Translations under genes and position numbers: made by a program
In this document: piece after piece, positions 46,657-56,497 of the stretch
How the letters are laid out: every line of letters starts with the position of its first letter
Position numbering within the stretch: the stretch's first letter is position 1
The notes under the pieces: generated by a model
Told to the model about the DNA's origin: nothing
Seen by the model: the letters and a program-made list of their open reading frames with translations, nothing else
Database searches by the model: none
Source: Polyangiaceae bacterium
Lineage (GTDB): Bacteria; Myxococcota_A; Polyangia; Polyangiales; Polyangiaceae
Length of the DNA stretch: 64,000 nt
Assembly: GCA_965222375.1 (NCBI GenBank)
Contig: CBDCTZ010000014.1
Coordinates: 320,001-384,000, forward strand
Direction of reading: 5' to 3'

Positions 46657-48006
46657 TTAGCGCCGCGCCCGACGACGGCGTGCGATGGCACCGAAGCCGA
46701 GCAGACCAAGCAAGAGCTGGGGCCAGGCTGGCCGGGATTGCGCCACCACGCGGCAGCCGCAGCCGCTGTCTTCCTCTTTGGGAGCCGCACTCGTCGCCCC
46801 GCCCGAGCCCGCCATGGCACCGGAGCCTGCGCTGCCCCCGGCGCCCGCGCCTGCGCTGGCGCCACTGCCCGCGGCGGCGCCGACGCCGCCCGCGCCTGCG
46901 CCGCTTCCTGCGCTGCCCCCTGCGCCGCCCGTCGCCGGTAGCCCGCCGGCACCGCCGGCAGCGATGCAGTTCTTGAGTTCGTCGAAGACCGGTTTCTTCT
47001 GAAAGTTGTCTGCGTAGGTCGCGTCAGGGTCCTTCACCCGTAGCGCGAATCCCCACTGAATGTCGGGCCACAGGCCTCCCGGGTGCTCCTCGGTCAACTC
47101 GTAGAAGAAGGTCTTGGTCCACCAGGGCCGAGAGGCTTGCGCCACGACGACGCGCTCCACGTACTTGCGTTGATTCTCCAGCTCCGCCGTATCGCCCAAC
47201 TTGGCCTCGAGCCCGGTTTCCGTCAGCCACAGCGGAAGAGAGCCGAAGCCTTGTTTGACCATGACCTCCCGAGCACTGAGGGGCCCCTCATAGACGATCG
47301 CGCCACCAATATCGATCACGCGGTGTTTCTCGAGCTTGTTGTAGAAACTGTCCTTGGTCAGGCCTGCGCTGGCGTCGTCTTCCGGGAAGCTGGAGTAGAT
47401 GTGGAAGCTGACCGCATCCAGTTTCGAGCCGCGGGAAACCAGTGCCGCCTCCAGGTACTCGTCGTAGTTGCTCCCAACGCTCGCGAGCTCCGGTCCCACG
47501 ACGGGGCAGCTAGGGCAAGCGTCTTTGATAGCGTCCACGGTTACCGTGAAGACATTGTCGATCCACTGTTGTTTGCTGCCTTCGAAAAACTGTTCCAGGT
47601 TGGGTTCGTTCCAGGTTCCCCAGGCCGCGACTCGACCGTCCGAGTAGCGTTTCACGGAGTCCATCACGAAACGTCGTAATTCCGTGGGGTCGGGGACGTC
47701 GTTGGTGGCGCCATCTTTCTTGATGTCGCCGGATACGGACGCCCAAGCCGCCCCGTAACCGATGGTTGCGAATACCTTCAACCCGCGGGCCTTCGCATTG
47801 TCGAGCAGCTTGTCGAAGATGGCGTAGTCGATCTTGCCTTTTTGGGGCTCGACGATGTCCCAGTTGAAGTCGATGCGAATCCACTCCGTGCCGAGCTCTT
47901 TGGTTAGATCCAGGGTATCGCTCGGGGGCACATGCACGCACACTCCAAGTGCTATCGCGCTGCAGACTGCCGGAAATGCCATGCCAGGGAGTATGCCACG
48001 GAACAC
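46657..48006 (-). CDS. Clan GH-A glycoside hydrolase (GH5/GH39-like) with MYXO-CTERM tail
   Basis: WIRIDFNW, WNEP acid/base, SFHIY, LWLTETG nucleophile; Gly/Ala linker, GCGCR, TM, RRRR. Confidence 0.82.
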   Translation of the reverse strand: MFRGILPGMAFPAVCSAIALGVCVHVPPSDTLDLTKELGTEWIRIDFNWDIVEPQKGKIDYAIFDKLLDNAKARGLKVFATIGYGAAWASVSGDIKKDGATNDVPDPTELRRFVMDSVKRYSDGRVAAWGTWNEPNLEQFFEGSKQQWIDNVFTVTVDAIKDACPSCPVVGPELASVGSNYDEYLEAALVSRGSKLDAVSFHIYSSFPEDDASAGLTKDSFYNKLEKHRVIDIGGAIVYEGPLSAREVMVKQGFGSLPLWLTETGLEAKLGDTAELENQRKYVERVVVAQASRPWWTKTFFYELTEEHPGGLWPDIQWGFALRVKDPDATYADNFQKKPVFDELKNCIAAGGAGGLPATGGAGGSAGSGAGAGGVGAAAGSGASAGAGAGGSAGSGAMAGSGGATSAAPKEEDSGCGCRVVAQSRPAWPQLLLGLLGFGAIARRRRARR

Positions 48007-48024
48007 CGGGTGCGCTGCGACGAG

Positions 48025-48729
48025 CTACCAACTATCGGCTACGGCGTACTGACCGCGCTGCGTATCCATCGCGAGGTACGAGAACTTTCCTTCCGCACAG
48101 GAACCGCTGTTCAAAAACAGTCGATCCCCGTGCTCTGCTCGGGCCGCGATGTGGGTATGGCCCGTGACCACAACGTCCACGGAGCGCGCCCGGGCTTCCC
48201 GCACTGCCCAGCGTTGAAAAGTGCAGCGCAGGGCATCCCGGGAAGCGCCACCGCGCAGTCCGTCCAAGGAGCGAAACAACTTGTAGACCGAGGCGAGTCC
48301 GATCCGCCGAATCCAACCGCCAAGCCATACGCCGAACTCGCTCACGAATCGGGCGTGCTTCACGATCAGGTCATTCTGGTGACCATGGGTGAACAAGATG
48401 CGCACGCCCTTGGCCGACACCAGCCACTCATCGGGAGTGCTCTGGGTTCCTGCAACGAGGTCGTGATTGCCATGCACGTATGCGTACTGGGGCCGCTCCA
48501 GGCGGTTCGCGATCTCCCGGTGATGGCCGCGGGCCCGAGCCAATTCCACCCGGGGGTCACCATATTGCCTCCCCGTCAGCGTTTCCCAAATGTCGCCCAG
48601 CAATACGATGCGCTCGAAGTTCGCCTCCAAAAAGCGAAGGAACCTCAGGAATTCACCATCATCGTGGCCGAACAAGTCCGTCGGGCCACCGGCGCCCAAA
48701 TGCAGGTCGGAAATGACGGCGATCTTCAT
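48025..48729 (-). CDS. Calcineurin-like metallophosphoesterase (LpxH-like)
   Basis: SDLH, LGD, GNHD, HGH, GHTH, NSG motifs. Confidence 0.88.
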   Translation of the reverse strand: MKIAVISDLHLGAGGPTDLFGHDDGEFLRFLRFLEANFERIVLLGDIWETLTGRQYGDPRVELARARGHHREIANRLERPQYAYVHGNHDLVAGTQSTPDEWLVSAKGVRILFTHGHQNDLIVKHARFVSEFGVWLGGWIRRIGLASVYKLFRSLDGLRGGASRDALRCTFQRWAVREARARSVDVVVTGHTHIAARAEHGDRLFLNSGSCAEGKFSYLAMDTQRGQYAVADSW

Positions 48730-48839
48730 TCGCTTCGCAAAGGAAACTTACCCACACTTATCCTAGCGCGCTGCCGTTCTGTCGCAAGTCGGCCTGACCT
48801 AATTGGGGCGCCGAGAGCCGCGCGATCGGACCCAGTTGT

Positions 48840-50264
48840 TCAAGCCGCGGCTGCGCGCCGGCGGCGCCGAACCACGACCAAGGCGGAGAAGCCGAACACC
48901 AACGCCAAGCCATTCGGGCTGACGGGCGCGTTGCCCGGGGTGCGACAGCCACAGCCGCCGGAGTCTCCGGCGCTTGCGGGGTCGCCGGGGTTGGTTGGGT
49001 CTGGTTCCGTGCCTGGGTCGGCTTTGGCGCCGTTGGCCACGAGGGTCACGGTACGAAACCGATGGTCCGGGTCATTGGTGACGAAGGTGAGGGTGGTCTT
49101 CACGGGGCCGGCCGCCTTGGGCGTGAAACCTATCTCGACGTCTTGTTTCAGCATGCTGGGGACGAAGACTTCACCCGGATAGGGCTTGAATTGGTCTGTG
49201 TACTTCGCATCCACGAACGCTGCCGCCTTGGCCTTGGCCTCGCCGATGTTGGACAGACTCACTGCCAGGCGCTTTTCTTCACCGACGGCGACCGTGCCGA
49301 AATCGATGGTTGCAGGCAGGGGTTCCAAATCCGGTAGCGGAACGTGTACCCGTACGGGATCGAAGTCGAAGTCTGCGGAACCGATGGCGAGGGTGATCGG
49401 GACGTCGATAATGGGCATCGAGAAGTCCTTGCCCAGGACCTTCAGGAACAGCGTGGGAATCAGGTGTAGTGTGCCGCTGTAGTCCACGCGGCCTTCGGGC
49501 CACACGTCGTACTCGACGAAGGCGCCACCGGCGAAGGCGCGGGTCACGGTGTCCGTGTCCGACTCGATGCTCTTTTCCGAAGTCTTCACCGGTTCGACGT
49601 GCATCTTCTCGGTGACGTAGGTGGCCGACAGCTCACCCGCCACATCGAGCGCTACGCCACCCTTGCTGATCTGGCTCGGTATTCCGGCCAACTCGAGCAG
49701 ATTCACGTCGAAGAGGCGTGCGTTGGGTGACTTGCCCGAGGTCTCCACTCCGTTGGGCTCGAAGGCCCAACTCGTGAACTCTTTCTGCCCGATGAGTTTG
49801 AAATCCACCTTGGGCACGAAGGGAATGTCGCCGGTCCACTTGATTCCAACGCCCAGCACCGTGAGATCGATCTTGGCCTGCGCGCCAATAGCGAGTCCGT
49901 ATTCGAATTGGAGCAGCCCTGCACCGCCGCCGGGCGTCGCCAAGGTCATCGCTTCGGGCCAGGTCGTTTCTAACTCCCCATCCATCTTTACCCGGGTGAA
50001 GGCGGGTAATTCGGCGTACAGGCGAACCTGGAGTTTGGAGCCCTTTGGAATGAAGCCCGTGTCGAAGTCGAAGGCGATGGGCAGCTTGTGGGTCTTGTCG
50101 AAGGTCAGTGGCGCAAAGGCGCACTCGAGCTCCGTCTGGCTGCAGTACTCGGCGATGACCGCTGCGCCACTCGGCGCTGCCGCGGCGTTTGCCGTAGACA
50201 AAGACACCAGGGCGAGCGCAACAGCACCCGCCGAAAGCCCAATCAAGCCTCGCATCGGGGTCAT
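48840..50264 (-). CDS. Exported beta-rich protein with ASH/choice-of-anchor D Ig domain and MYXO-CTERM tail
   Basis: Signal peptide; IDFGTVAVG..LSNIG..F.P..G...TL...TNDP; SGGCGCR, TM, RRRRR. Confidence 0.8.
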   Translation of the reverse strand: MTPMRGLIGLSAGAVALALVSLSTANAAAAPSGAAVIAEYCSQTELECAFAPLTFDKTHKLPIAFDFDTGFIPKGSKLQVRLYAELPAFTRVKMDGELETTWPEAMTLATPGGGAGLLQFEYGLAIGAQAKIDLTVLGVGIKWTGDIPFVPKVDFKLIGQKEFTSWAFEPNGVETSGKSPNARLFDVNLLELAGIPSQISKGGVALDVAGELSATYVTEKMHVEPVKTSEKSIESDTDTVTRAFAGGAFVEYDVWPEGRVDYSGTLHLIPTLFLKVLGKDFSMPIIDVPITLAIGSADFDFDPVRVHVPLPDLEPLPATIDFGTVAVGEEKRLAVSLSNIGEAKAKAAAFVDAKYTDQFKPYPGEVFVPSMLKQDVEIGFTPKAAGPVKTTLTFVTNDPDHRFRTVTLVANGAKADPGTEPDPTNPGDPASAGDSGGCGCRTPGNAPVSPNGLALVFGFSALVVVRRRRRAAAA

Positions 50265-50391
50265 TGTAGCACTCGGCTGGGCGACTTATCGCGACCCTTG
50301 GCCCGGAGGGCTATACTCCGCGGCCCCCGGAGTGGAAACCGAGTCTGATTTGTCGTCCCCCCGAAAGAGTGATAGCGAGCCCGACTCGCTC

Positions 50392-50781
50392 GTGGAAAGC
50401 AGTGTCGTCGCGCTCAAGAATCGCCGCTGGGATCTGGTCGGCGTGGTGCTCTCAGGCGCCTGCGCGGTGCATTGCGCCCTGACCTCCGTTCTGCTTGTGG
50501 CCCTACCGGCGGCGGGCACCTTTGCTAGCCACGAAACCCACCAAGTTTTGGCGGTTTTGGCGGCAACTGTTGCTTCTGTCGTCTTCGTGCCGTCGCTGCT
50601 GAGGCGCCACTACCGCTTGCCCGCGCTCGCAGGTCTGGGTGCTGTCATGGTGGTGTCTGCGGCGTTCGCTCCCCTGTCGACCGCCCAGGAAATTGGCGTC
50701 ACCGTTGTCGGGGGGCTCCTTCTCGTGACCGCCCACCTAAAGCACGCCCGGCGGCACGCCAGTTACCATCACTCTCATTGA
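50392..50781 (+). CDS. MerC-domain membrane protein
   Basis: WDLVG..LS.ACAVHC, four TM helices, E..VTV.GG.LL..AH; His-rich tail. Start may be 50332. Confidence 0.82.
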   Translation: MESSVVALKNRRWDLVGVVLSGACAVHCALTSVLLVALPAAGTFASHETHQVLAVLAATVASVVFVPSLLRRHYRLPALAGLGAVMVVSAAFAPLSTAQEIGVTVVGGLLLVTAHLKHARRHASYHHSH

Positions 50782-50860
50782 GTTACCGGTAACCGTTTCT
50801 GTGCTGGATTAGATTTAGCAATTAAAATCAAACAGTTACACATTTGGATCGCCTTCTGCA
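50782..50860 (+). promoter_or_regulatory. Sigma54 promoter with IHF site and palindromic upstream activator site
   Basis: GTTACCGGTAAC palindrome 50782-50793; AATCAA-ACAG-TTA (WATCAAN4TTR) 50826-50838; TGGATCG-CCTT-CTGCA with GG-N10-GC at 50846-50859. Confidence 0.72.
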
Positions 50861-50884
50861 TTACTCCTAGGCACCCTGTCAGAA

Positions 50885-53800
50885 GTGCCGTCCGCTCTAG
50901 TCCACGCGCGCTACGCGCCTGGCGCCCTGCTCGGCCAGGGTGCCCAGGGGGTGGTGATCCGAGTTGTCGATCGGGAGGACCCGGAGCGACCCCTGGTGGC
51001 GAAGGTGCTCGCCCCAGGCAAGTTTAGTGAGGGGTGGCTCGAGGGGGAGTTCTCATTGCTGGCGCGGGTTTTCGTTCCGGGGCTGGTGCGGGCCCATGAC
51101 TTCGGTCGCGACGAAGGCACGGGGATGCCTTTCTTGGTCGAGGACTTCGTCGACGGGCCGGACGCGGCAACTTGGGTGGCAGCTGCCTCATCAGATCCCG
51201 AGCGAGTGAATCGGCTCATCACGATCCTCAGCACGGTTGCGCAAACTCTGTGCGCCTTGCACGACGCCGGATTTTTGCACGGAGATCTGAAACCGGACCA
51301 CGTGCGTATCCAAGCTGAGCAGCAGCCCACGTTGCTGGACCTGGGCGCAGCCGTTCGCTGGTCTCGATTCGAGACAGCCACGGCTACGGCATTCACGCCA
51401 GGCTATGCGGCTCCGGAGCTGCTTGCCGGGGCAGCGCCTTCTCCGAGAACGGATCTGTATGCCTTGGGTGCCCTAGCCTACGCGATCGTAACGGGCGCTA
51501 CGCCCGCGGTAGGCGCGACGGACATGCGCCGAAACGCGCGCTGGGTGCCATCTGCCTTGGCGGAGCTGGTCGAGGCGCTGATAGCGGCACATCCGGAAGA
51601 CCGTCCCAAAGACGCGCGGGAGCTGCTGGCTCGCCTAGCCCACGCTTGTCCGGCTGAACAGCGTCCGGAATCCGTGGCTGGTCGGTCTTCAGGTGGTCTG
51701 ATCCGCAAGCCCAGCCTTCAGAAGCTCGTGTGTCCTCGAATCGGCGTGCGCTACGTCACCGGCGCCGCGGGATCCGGCAAGAGCCACCTGCTGGATGAGC
51801 TCTGCATCAGCGCGTTGCTCTCGGGACGCCCGGTTCGGCGAATCCGCTTTCCCGGTGCGGACCCGGAATTGGTCATGCGGCTGCTCGCTTTTCTGCGGGG
51901 CCAAAGGGAGGCTTGTCCCTTCAGTTTTCCCGACGCTGCGGCGCCGCTGGTCGTGCTGGATGACGTCGAGCAAGGGCCTACGGAGCTCACCTCGGCACTA
52001 GAGGCGTTCCGCTGCCATGTTGCAGCCGAGAGCGGTATCGACGTAGTCGTCGGCGTGCGGGACGCGCCGGAGCCGGCAAAGCCTTTGCGCCTGGAACCCT
52101 TGGACCGGCAAGCGTGTCGCCGACTCTGCAGCGAGCTGGCGCCGGAGCAGGACGCCGACGCGGTTTGGCGCGCGAGCGAGGGCAACATCGGCTGGATCGT
52201 GGCTGCCCTGGGGCAAGTGCCCCTGTCGAGAGAGGCCATCGTTGAACGTGCGCGAAGCTTGAGTGACCAGGCGCGACTGTCCCTTGGGATGCTGGCGGCG
52301 TCAGGCGGCAGGCTGCCGGAGCGCAGCTTGGAGGCGGCTGTGGGCGGCGACGCGCGGACGGCCCTTGCTGAGCTCGCGCGCCACGCACTGATCGACCGCC
52401 ACGCCTTGACCTCGACGCAGGACCGTGAGGTGTCTTTGCTGGGTGCCGCGCGGGCTGAAGAACTCGCTGATGCGCTTGCGCCCCACGACGTCGTAGACGC
52501 CCTGGCTGACGCGATGCTCGAGCCCGGCGCGCACCTGCCGGTCGCAGCTTTGTTGGCGCTAGCGCGAGCTCCCCACGTGCCGACGCGACGCAACGAATTG
52601 CTCGAGTTGGCCGCTGAGCGCTCCCGCGTTGACGGGTTGCGCGGCGAGCAGGTCGAGGCCCTTCTGGAGCTTTGCGCCGACCGCCAGCAGCGCACGCCGC
52701 GCGTGCTGACCGAACTGGACCGCATTACGCGCGGAGGTGGCAGTGCGGGCTTGCACCCGCAGCTAGTGGACTGGCTCGATCACGCCGCTGGTGAGTATCC
52801 GGAGCTGGCGGTGCTCGCGCTTCGTAGGCGCGCAGAGCTGTGCGCCCGCAAGGGTGAGGCCGCGGAAGCCCGCGAACTTTCGGATCAAGCTCACGCCGTG
52901 GCCGCCGGGAGCCGCGACCCGGCCCGGATCGCGCTGGCGTGCTCCACTCGCGGCGCGGTGGCGCTGTATCGTGCGGATTGGGAGCTCGCCGAGGCAGCAT
53001 TGGAGCAAGCGCGCCGGACGATTGCCTCGGGAGCCGTGGATGACGCGGAGGAGGTGGCCCGCATTCATCACAACATCGGCGTGGTAGCGCTGTACCGCGG
53101 TCGCCTCGAAGAGGCCTCGGCCGCCTTCGCCCAATCTTTGGCGACGAAGCGTGCCCTTGGGGATCGAGCCGGCGTGTGGGCGTGTTTGCTGAACCTGGGG
53201 CTGTCGGAGTGTCAGCTGGGGAATCTCGATGCGGCCGAACGAGCCCTGGCCGAAGCGTCGGCTCTGTGTCGCTCCCTGGCGCAGCTCTCGGGTTTGGGTT
53301 GGTGTTTGGCGGCACAAGCCGAAGTGGCTCTACGCCGACAAGATCCAGCCGCAGCGGAGAAGTGCATCTCAGATGCGGAACATCTGGGCGAGAGGCTTCC
53401 GGTGCCGGTTCGAGCGGACCTGATCTTACTTCGCGCCGAACTGGCGCTCTTGGAGGGGGACGCCAAGGCTGCACTGCGGGAACTTGCGGCGCTGTCGTCG
53501 GAAACCCGACAGGGAGATACTCTCGTTGATCTTCGAGCCTGGGTCATCGAGGCCAAGGCTGCGCTGGTCCAGCTCCCCGCGGATCGCCGTCGGGCAGCCA
53601 GGCTGGCAGTCGCCGTGATTCGCCGAGCGCGTGCGGCCCAACTAGCGGAGCCAGAACGGCGAGCTTGGAACGTGCTGCGAGAGGCCCGCAAGTCCCCCGC
53701 CGTGCGCCAACCCGCCAAGCTGGGGTACGATGCTGAAATGGCGGGTGGAGAGGCCGTATTTCAATGGCTGGAGAGCGTGGGTCGAGGAGCGCGCGCCGAG

Positions 53801-55264
53801 GACGCCACCATCGCCCTTGCCAAACTGCTATGCGCCGAAAGCGGAGCCGAGCGCGCCTTCATCCTGCTTCTGGACCGCGAGGATCGAATTGCCCGGGCGG
53901 TAGGCGTCGATCTGGACGGTTTGCCCGTTGCACAAGCCGAGGAGCGAATCGATTCGGCGATTGCCGAAGTTCGTGGGATTTCCCACATCCCAGCCGTGGA
54001 CGGCCCCGGTGGTCGTGGCTGTCGCCTCTCAGCGGTGGCGGAGACGGAATATGGCCGGGCCGGCTTCGTACTCGAACATCGCTTCCTGCAAGGCCGATTC
54101 GATGCACTCCCGGAGAGCGTCGCGGAGCGCTGGCTAACCCTGACGGCGGTCGCGATGCGCCTGGGTCAAGACACGCCCCGGCCCGAACCTAGGGAGACCG
54201 CGACCCGCAGTCCCGTACTAGCGGTGACCGGCGCATCCGTGGCCATGCGCGAGGCCACGGCGGAGCCGAGTACGGTGCTGCCCATCCGCGAACGCAAGCG
54301 CCACTACCCGGCGCTGATCGGGGACAGTCCGGCGTTTCAGCGGGCCCTGGATCGACTGGACGCGGCGGTGGACAGCGACTTGCCCGTGCTCATCTCGGGT
54401 GAAACGGGTGTGGGCAAGGAGCTCTTTGCGCGCGCACTGCATGATGGGGGGGCTCGAAGCAGGGGTCATTTCGTGGCGATCAACTGCGGCGCAATTCCGG
54501 ATGCGTTGTTTGAAGCCGAATTGTTTGGTCACGCTCGAGGAAGCTTCACCGGTGCGGATCGTGCGCGCCCGGGGCTCCTGGCACGGGCAGAAGGCGGCAC
54601 TCTGTTCATGGACGAAATTGGCGAATTGCCCCTGGCCCGCCAAGCCACGCTGCTCAGAGCCCTCGCGACCCGTACTTATCGACCTGTGGGCAGCGACTCG
54701 GAACGGCCCTTCGATGTGCGAATCGTCGCGGCGACGAATCGAGATCTGGAGCAAGAAGAAAAGGCCGGTCGATTTCGTCGCGACCTCTTATATCGGATCA
54801 ACGTTCTTAGCATTCCAGTGCCGCCGCTGCGCCAACGCGACAAGGACGCGATCCTGATCGCCAATCACGTGCTGCGCAACGCTGGGACGCCCTTGCCGAT
54901 TGCGCCCAGCGCCGCGGAAGCGCTGTTGGGCTATCGTTGGCCGGGCAACGTGCGCGAGCTCGAACATCAGATGCAGCGCGTAGCGGCCACAGGGACCTCC
55001 GTGGTGGAGCTAGAACAGCTCTCCCGAGAAGTGCGCGGCGCCAAGCAGCGCAAGAAGAAGGTGCGCGCGCCGGTCGGAAGTGCCGCCGAGCGGCGTGAGG
55101 TCGAAGATGCGCTGCGACAATGCAATGGCAACATCACCCGGGCAGCAGAGAAGCTCTCGATGACCCGGCAGGGCCTCAAAAAGAAACTGGCGCGACTGGG
55201 GTTGCGGGGTTCTGCGAACGTGCGTGACGCCGCCGTTCGCGCTAGACCGAGCGGGCGGAAGTAA
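50885..55264 (+). CDS. Ser/Thr kinase - P-loop - TPR - GAF-like - sigma54 AAA+ - Fis HTH fusion regulator
   Basis: LGQGAQG, VAK, HGDLKP, DLG, GYAAPE; GAAGSGKS; TPRs (HNIGVV, LNLG); GETGVGKE, GSFTGA, LFMDEIG, WPGNVRELE; GNITRAA..L. Confidence 0.92.
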   Translation: MPSALVHARYAPGALLGQGAQGVVIRVVDREDPERPLVAKVLAPGKFSEGWLEGEFSLLARVFVPGLVRAHDFGRDEGTGMPFLVEDFVDGPDAATWVAAASSDPERVNRLITILSTVAQTLCALHDAGFLHGDLKPDHVRIQAEQQPTLLDLGAAVRWSRFETATATAFTPGYAAPELLAGAAPSPRTDLYALGALAYAIVTGATPAVGATDMRRNARWVPSALAELVEALIAAHPEDRPKDARELLARLAHACPAEQRPESVAGRSSGGLIRKPSLQKLVCPRIGVRYVTGAAGSGKSHLLDELCISALLSGRPVRRIRFPGADPELVMRLLAFLRGQREACPFSFPDAAAPLVVLDDVEQGPTELTSALEAFRCHVAAESGIDVVVGVRDAPEPAKPLRLEPLDRQACRRLCSELAPEQDADAVWRASEGNIGWIVAALGQVPLSREAIVERARSLSDQARLSLGMLAASGGRLPERSLEAAVGGDARTALAELARHALIDRHALTSTQDREVSLLGAARAEELADALAPHDVVDALADAMLEPGAHLPVAALLALARAPHVPTRRNELLELAAERSRVDGLRGEQVEALLELCADRQQRTPRVLTELDRITRGGGSAGLHPQLVDWLDHAAGEYPELAVLALRRRAELCARKGEAAEARELSDQAHAVAAGSRDPARIALACSTRGAVALYRADWELAEAALEQARRTIASGAVDDAEEVARIHHNIGVVALYRGRLEEASAAFAQSLATKRALGDRAGVWACLLNLGLSECQLGNLDAAERALAEASALCRSLAQLSGLGWCLAAQAEVALRRQDPAAAEKCISDAEHLGERLPVPVRADLILLRAELALLEGDAKAALRELAALSSETRQGDTLVDLRAWVIEAKAALVQLPADRRRAARLAVAVIRRARAAQLAEPERRAWNVLREARKSPAVRQPAKLGYDAEMAGGEAVFQWLESVGRGARAEDATIALAKLLCAESGAERAFILLLDREDRIARAVGVDLDGLPVAQAEERIDSAIAEVRGISHIPAVDGPGGRGCRLSAVAETEYGRAGFVLEHRFLQGRFDALPESVAERWLTLTAVAMRLGQDTPRPEPRETATRSPVLAVTGASVAMREATAEPSTVLPIRERKRHYPALIGDSPAFQRALDRLDAAVDSDLPVLISGETGVGKELFARALHDGGARSRGHFVAINCGAIPDALFEAELFGHARGSFTGADRARPGLLARAEGGTLFMDEIGELPLARQATLLRALATRTYRPVGSDSERPFDVRIVAATNRDLEQEEKAGRFRRDLLYRINVLSIPVPPLRQRDKDAILIANHVLRNAGTPLPIAPSAAEALLGYRWPGNVRELEHQMQRVAATGTSVVELEQLSREVRGAKQRKKKVRAPVGSAAERREVEDALRQCNGNITRAAEKLSMTRQGLKKKLARLGLRGSANVRDAAVRARPSGRK

Positions 55265-56461
55265 ATGAGATTCTTATTCATAGTGGGTTTGGGTGCGCTG
55301 GGCGCTATTGGCTGCGGCGATGACGATTCGGCGGCCGCGCAACCATGTACCAACTGCCCTCTCACGGACGCTGGGGATGGCTCGGCCGGCGACTCTGGGG
55401 CGGATGCCGAAGCGGGCTCGGCGTTGGACGCTTCCAACGACGCGACGCCGGATGCTCTGAGCGAAGGCGGAGCCGACGCTACCGCTGCGGACTGCCTGAC
55501 GCATGCCGCGGGCGTGTCGGTGGCGGAAACGGATTTGGATGGTTATCCACCCTACGCGGTGGATGGCTGCAACATGGCCTACGTCTCCTCCACCGGCGAA
55601 CTGCTGCTCCGGGACTTGAAGACCGGCGGTGAGCAGCAAGTTGCGGCGGCGTCAGATTCGCCGCGCCGTCCGAGCCTCGCCGGCGCGGTGCTGGCTTGGG
55701 AAGCAGATGCGGGTGGCAAGAGTGTGATCCGAGTTCGCAGTGGCGGTGTTGTCGAAACCGTTGCCGGCAGCTTCGACCACGCACGCGAGCCGAAAGCGAC
55801 TGCGGACGCGGTTGTACTCACTGGCTTCATGGGCGCTGCGAATACGTCAGACAGCGACGTGTTTCTGTATGACGTTGCGGGCAAGAGCATCGCGAAACTT
55901 TCGACGTTGAAAGGCCAACAGAGGTTCGCGGATGTCTCGGCCTCTCATGTCGCATGGAGTGACTTTTCAGAAGACCCAAGCGGCGTCTACTCTGGCGACG
56001 GCACGTCATTGGCGGACGTCGTGCTCTACGAACGCAGCAGCAAGAAAGCGCAGACCATCAAGCTCTCTGGGAAACAAGCGTTCCCGATGCTGGCGGTCTC
56101 AGGTCGGGTTGGGTTCCTGGACTGGCTTGCCGTGCACCCAGTGCCGAAGCTTCAGGACTACCGAATCCTGTCCCTACCCATCGGCGACTTGACGACAAAG
56201 CCGGTACAGGTAGCCAGCGTGCAGTCCGAAGTCGCGGTGCGTCCGTCTGCCAATGACAACCGGGTCGAGTGGGTCGTGCGCTGGGGAGGGCAGTCCACTT
56301 TGCACCGTGCGCCACTGGATGGCTCCGCTGCAGCTACCGTCGTACCGCTGGGAAGTGTCGCCGAGGTGCATGCACCCGCCGGAACTTCGGCACTTTCCGT
56401 GGTAGCGACCCGCGCCAAGCCGAAAGCGGTGCCCACATTGCAGGCGATAGCGGTTCCCTGA
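55265..56461 (+). CDS. Lipoprotein with TolB-like beta-propeller
   Basis: Lipobox AIGC, Asp/Ala/Gly linker, DVFLYD/VAWSD/DVVLYE blade motifs; ATG immediately follows the upstream TAA. Confidence 0.72.
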   Translation: MRFLFIVGLGALGAIGCGDDDSAAAQPCTNCPLTDAGDGSAGDSGADAEAGSALDASNDATPDALSEGGADATAADCLTHAAGVSVAETDLDGYPPYAVDGCNMAYVSSTGELLLRDLKTGGEQQVAAASDSPRRPSLAGAVLAWEADAGGKSVIRVRSGGVVETVAGSFDHAREPKATADAVVLTGFMGAANTSDSDVFLYDVAGKSIAKLSTLKGQQRFADVSASHVAWSDFSEDPSGVYSGDGTSLADVVLYERSSKKAQTIKLSGKQAFPMLAVSGRVGFLDWLAVHPVPKLQDYRILSLPIGDLTTKPVQVASVQSEVAVRPSANDNRVEWVVRWGGQSTLHRAPLDGSAAATVVPLGSVAEVHAPAGTSALSVVATRAKPKAVPTLQAIAVP

Positions 56462-56497
56462 GGGGTCCAGGCCCGTTCGGCTGCGCTTGGCAAGGGA

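Noticed and set aside
49621..50331. Long N-terminal extensions on MerC, Clp (43904), the 37902 ORF and the 38401 ORF
   Set aside because: They overlap opposite-strand genes; downstream starts give normal domain boundaries and signal peptides.
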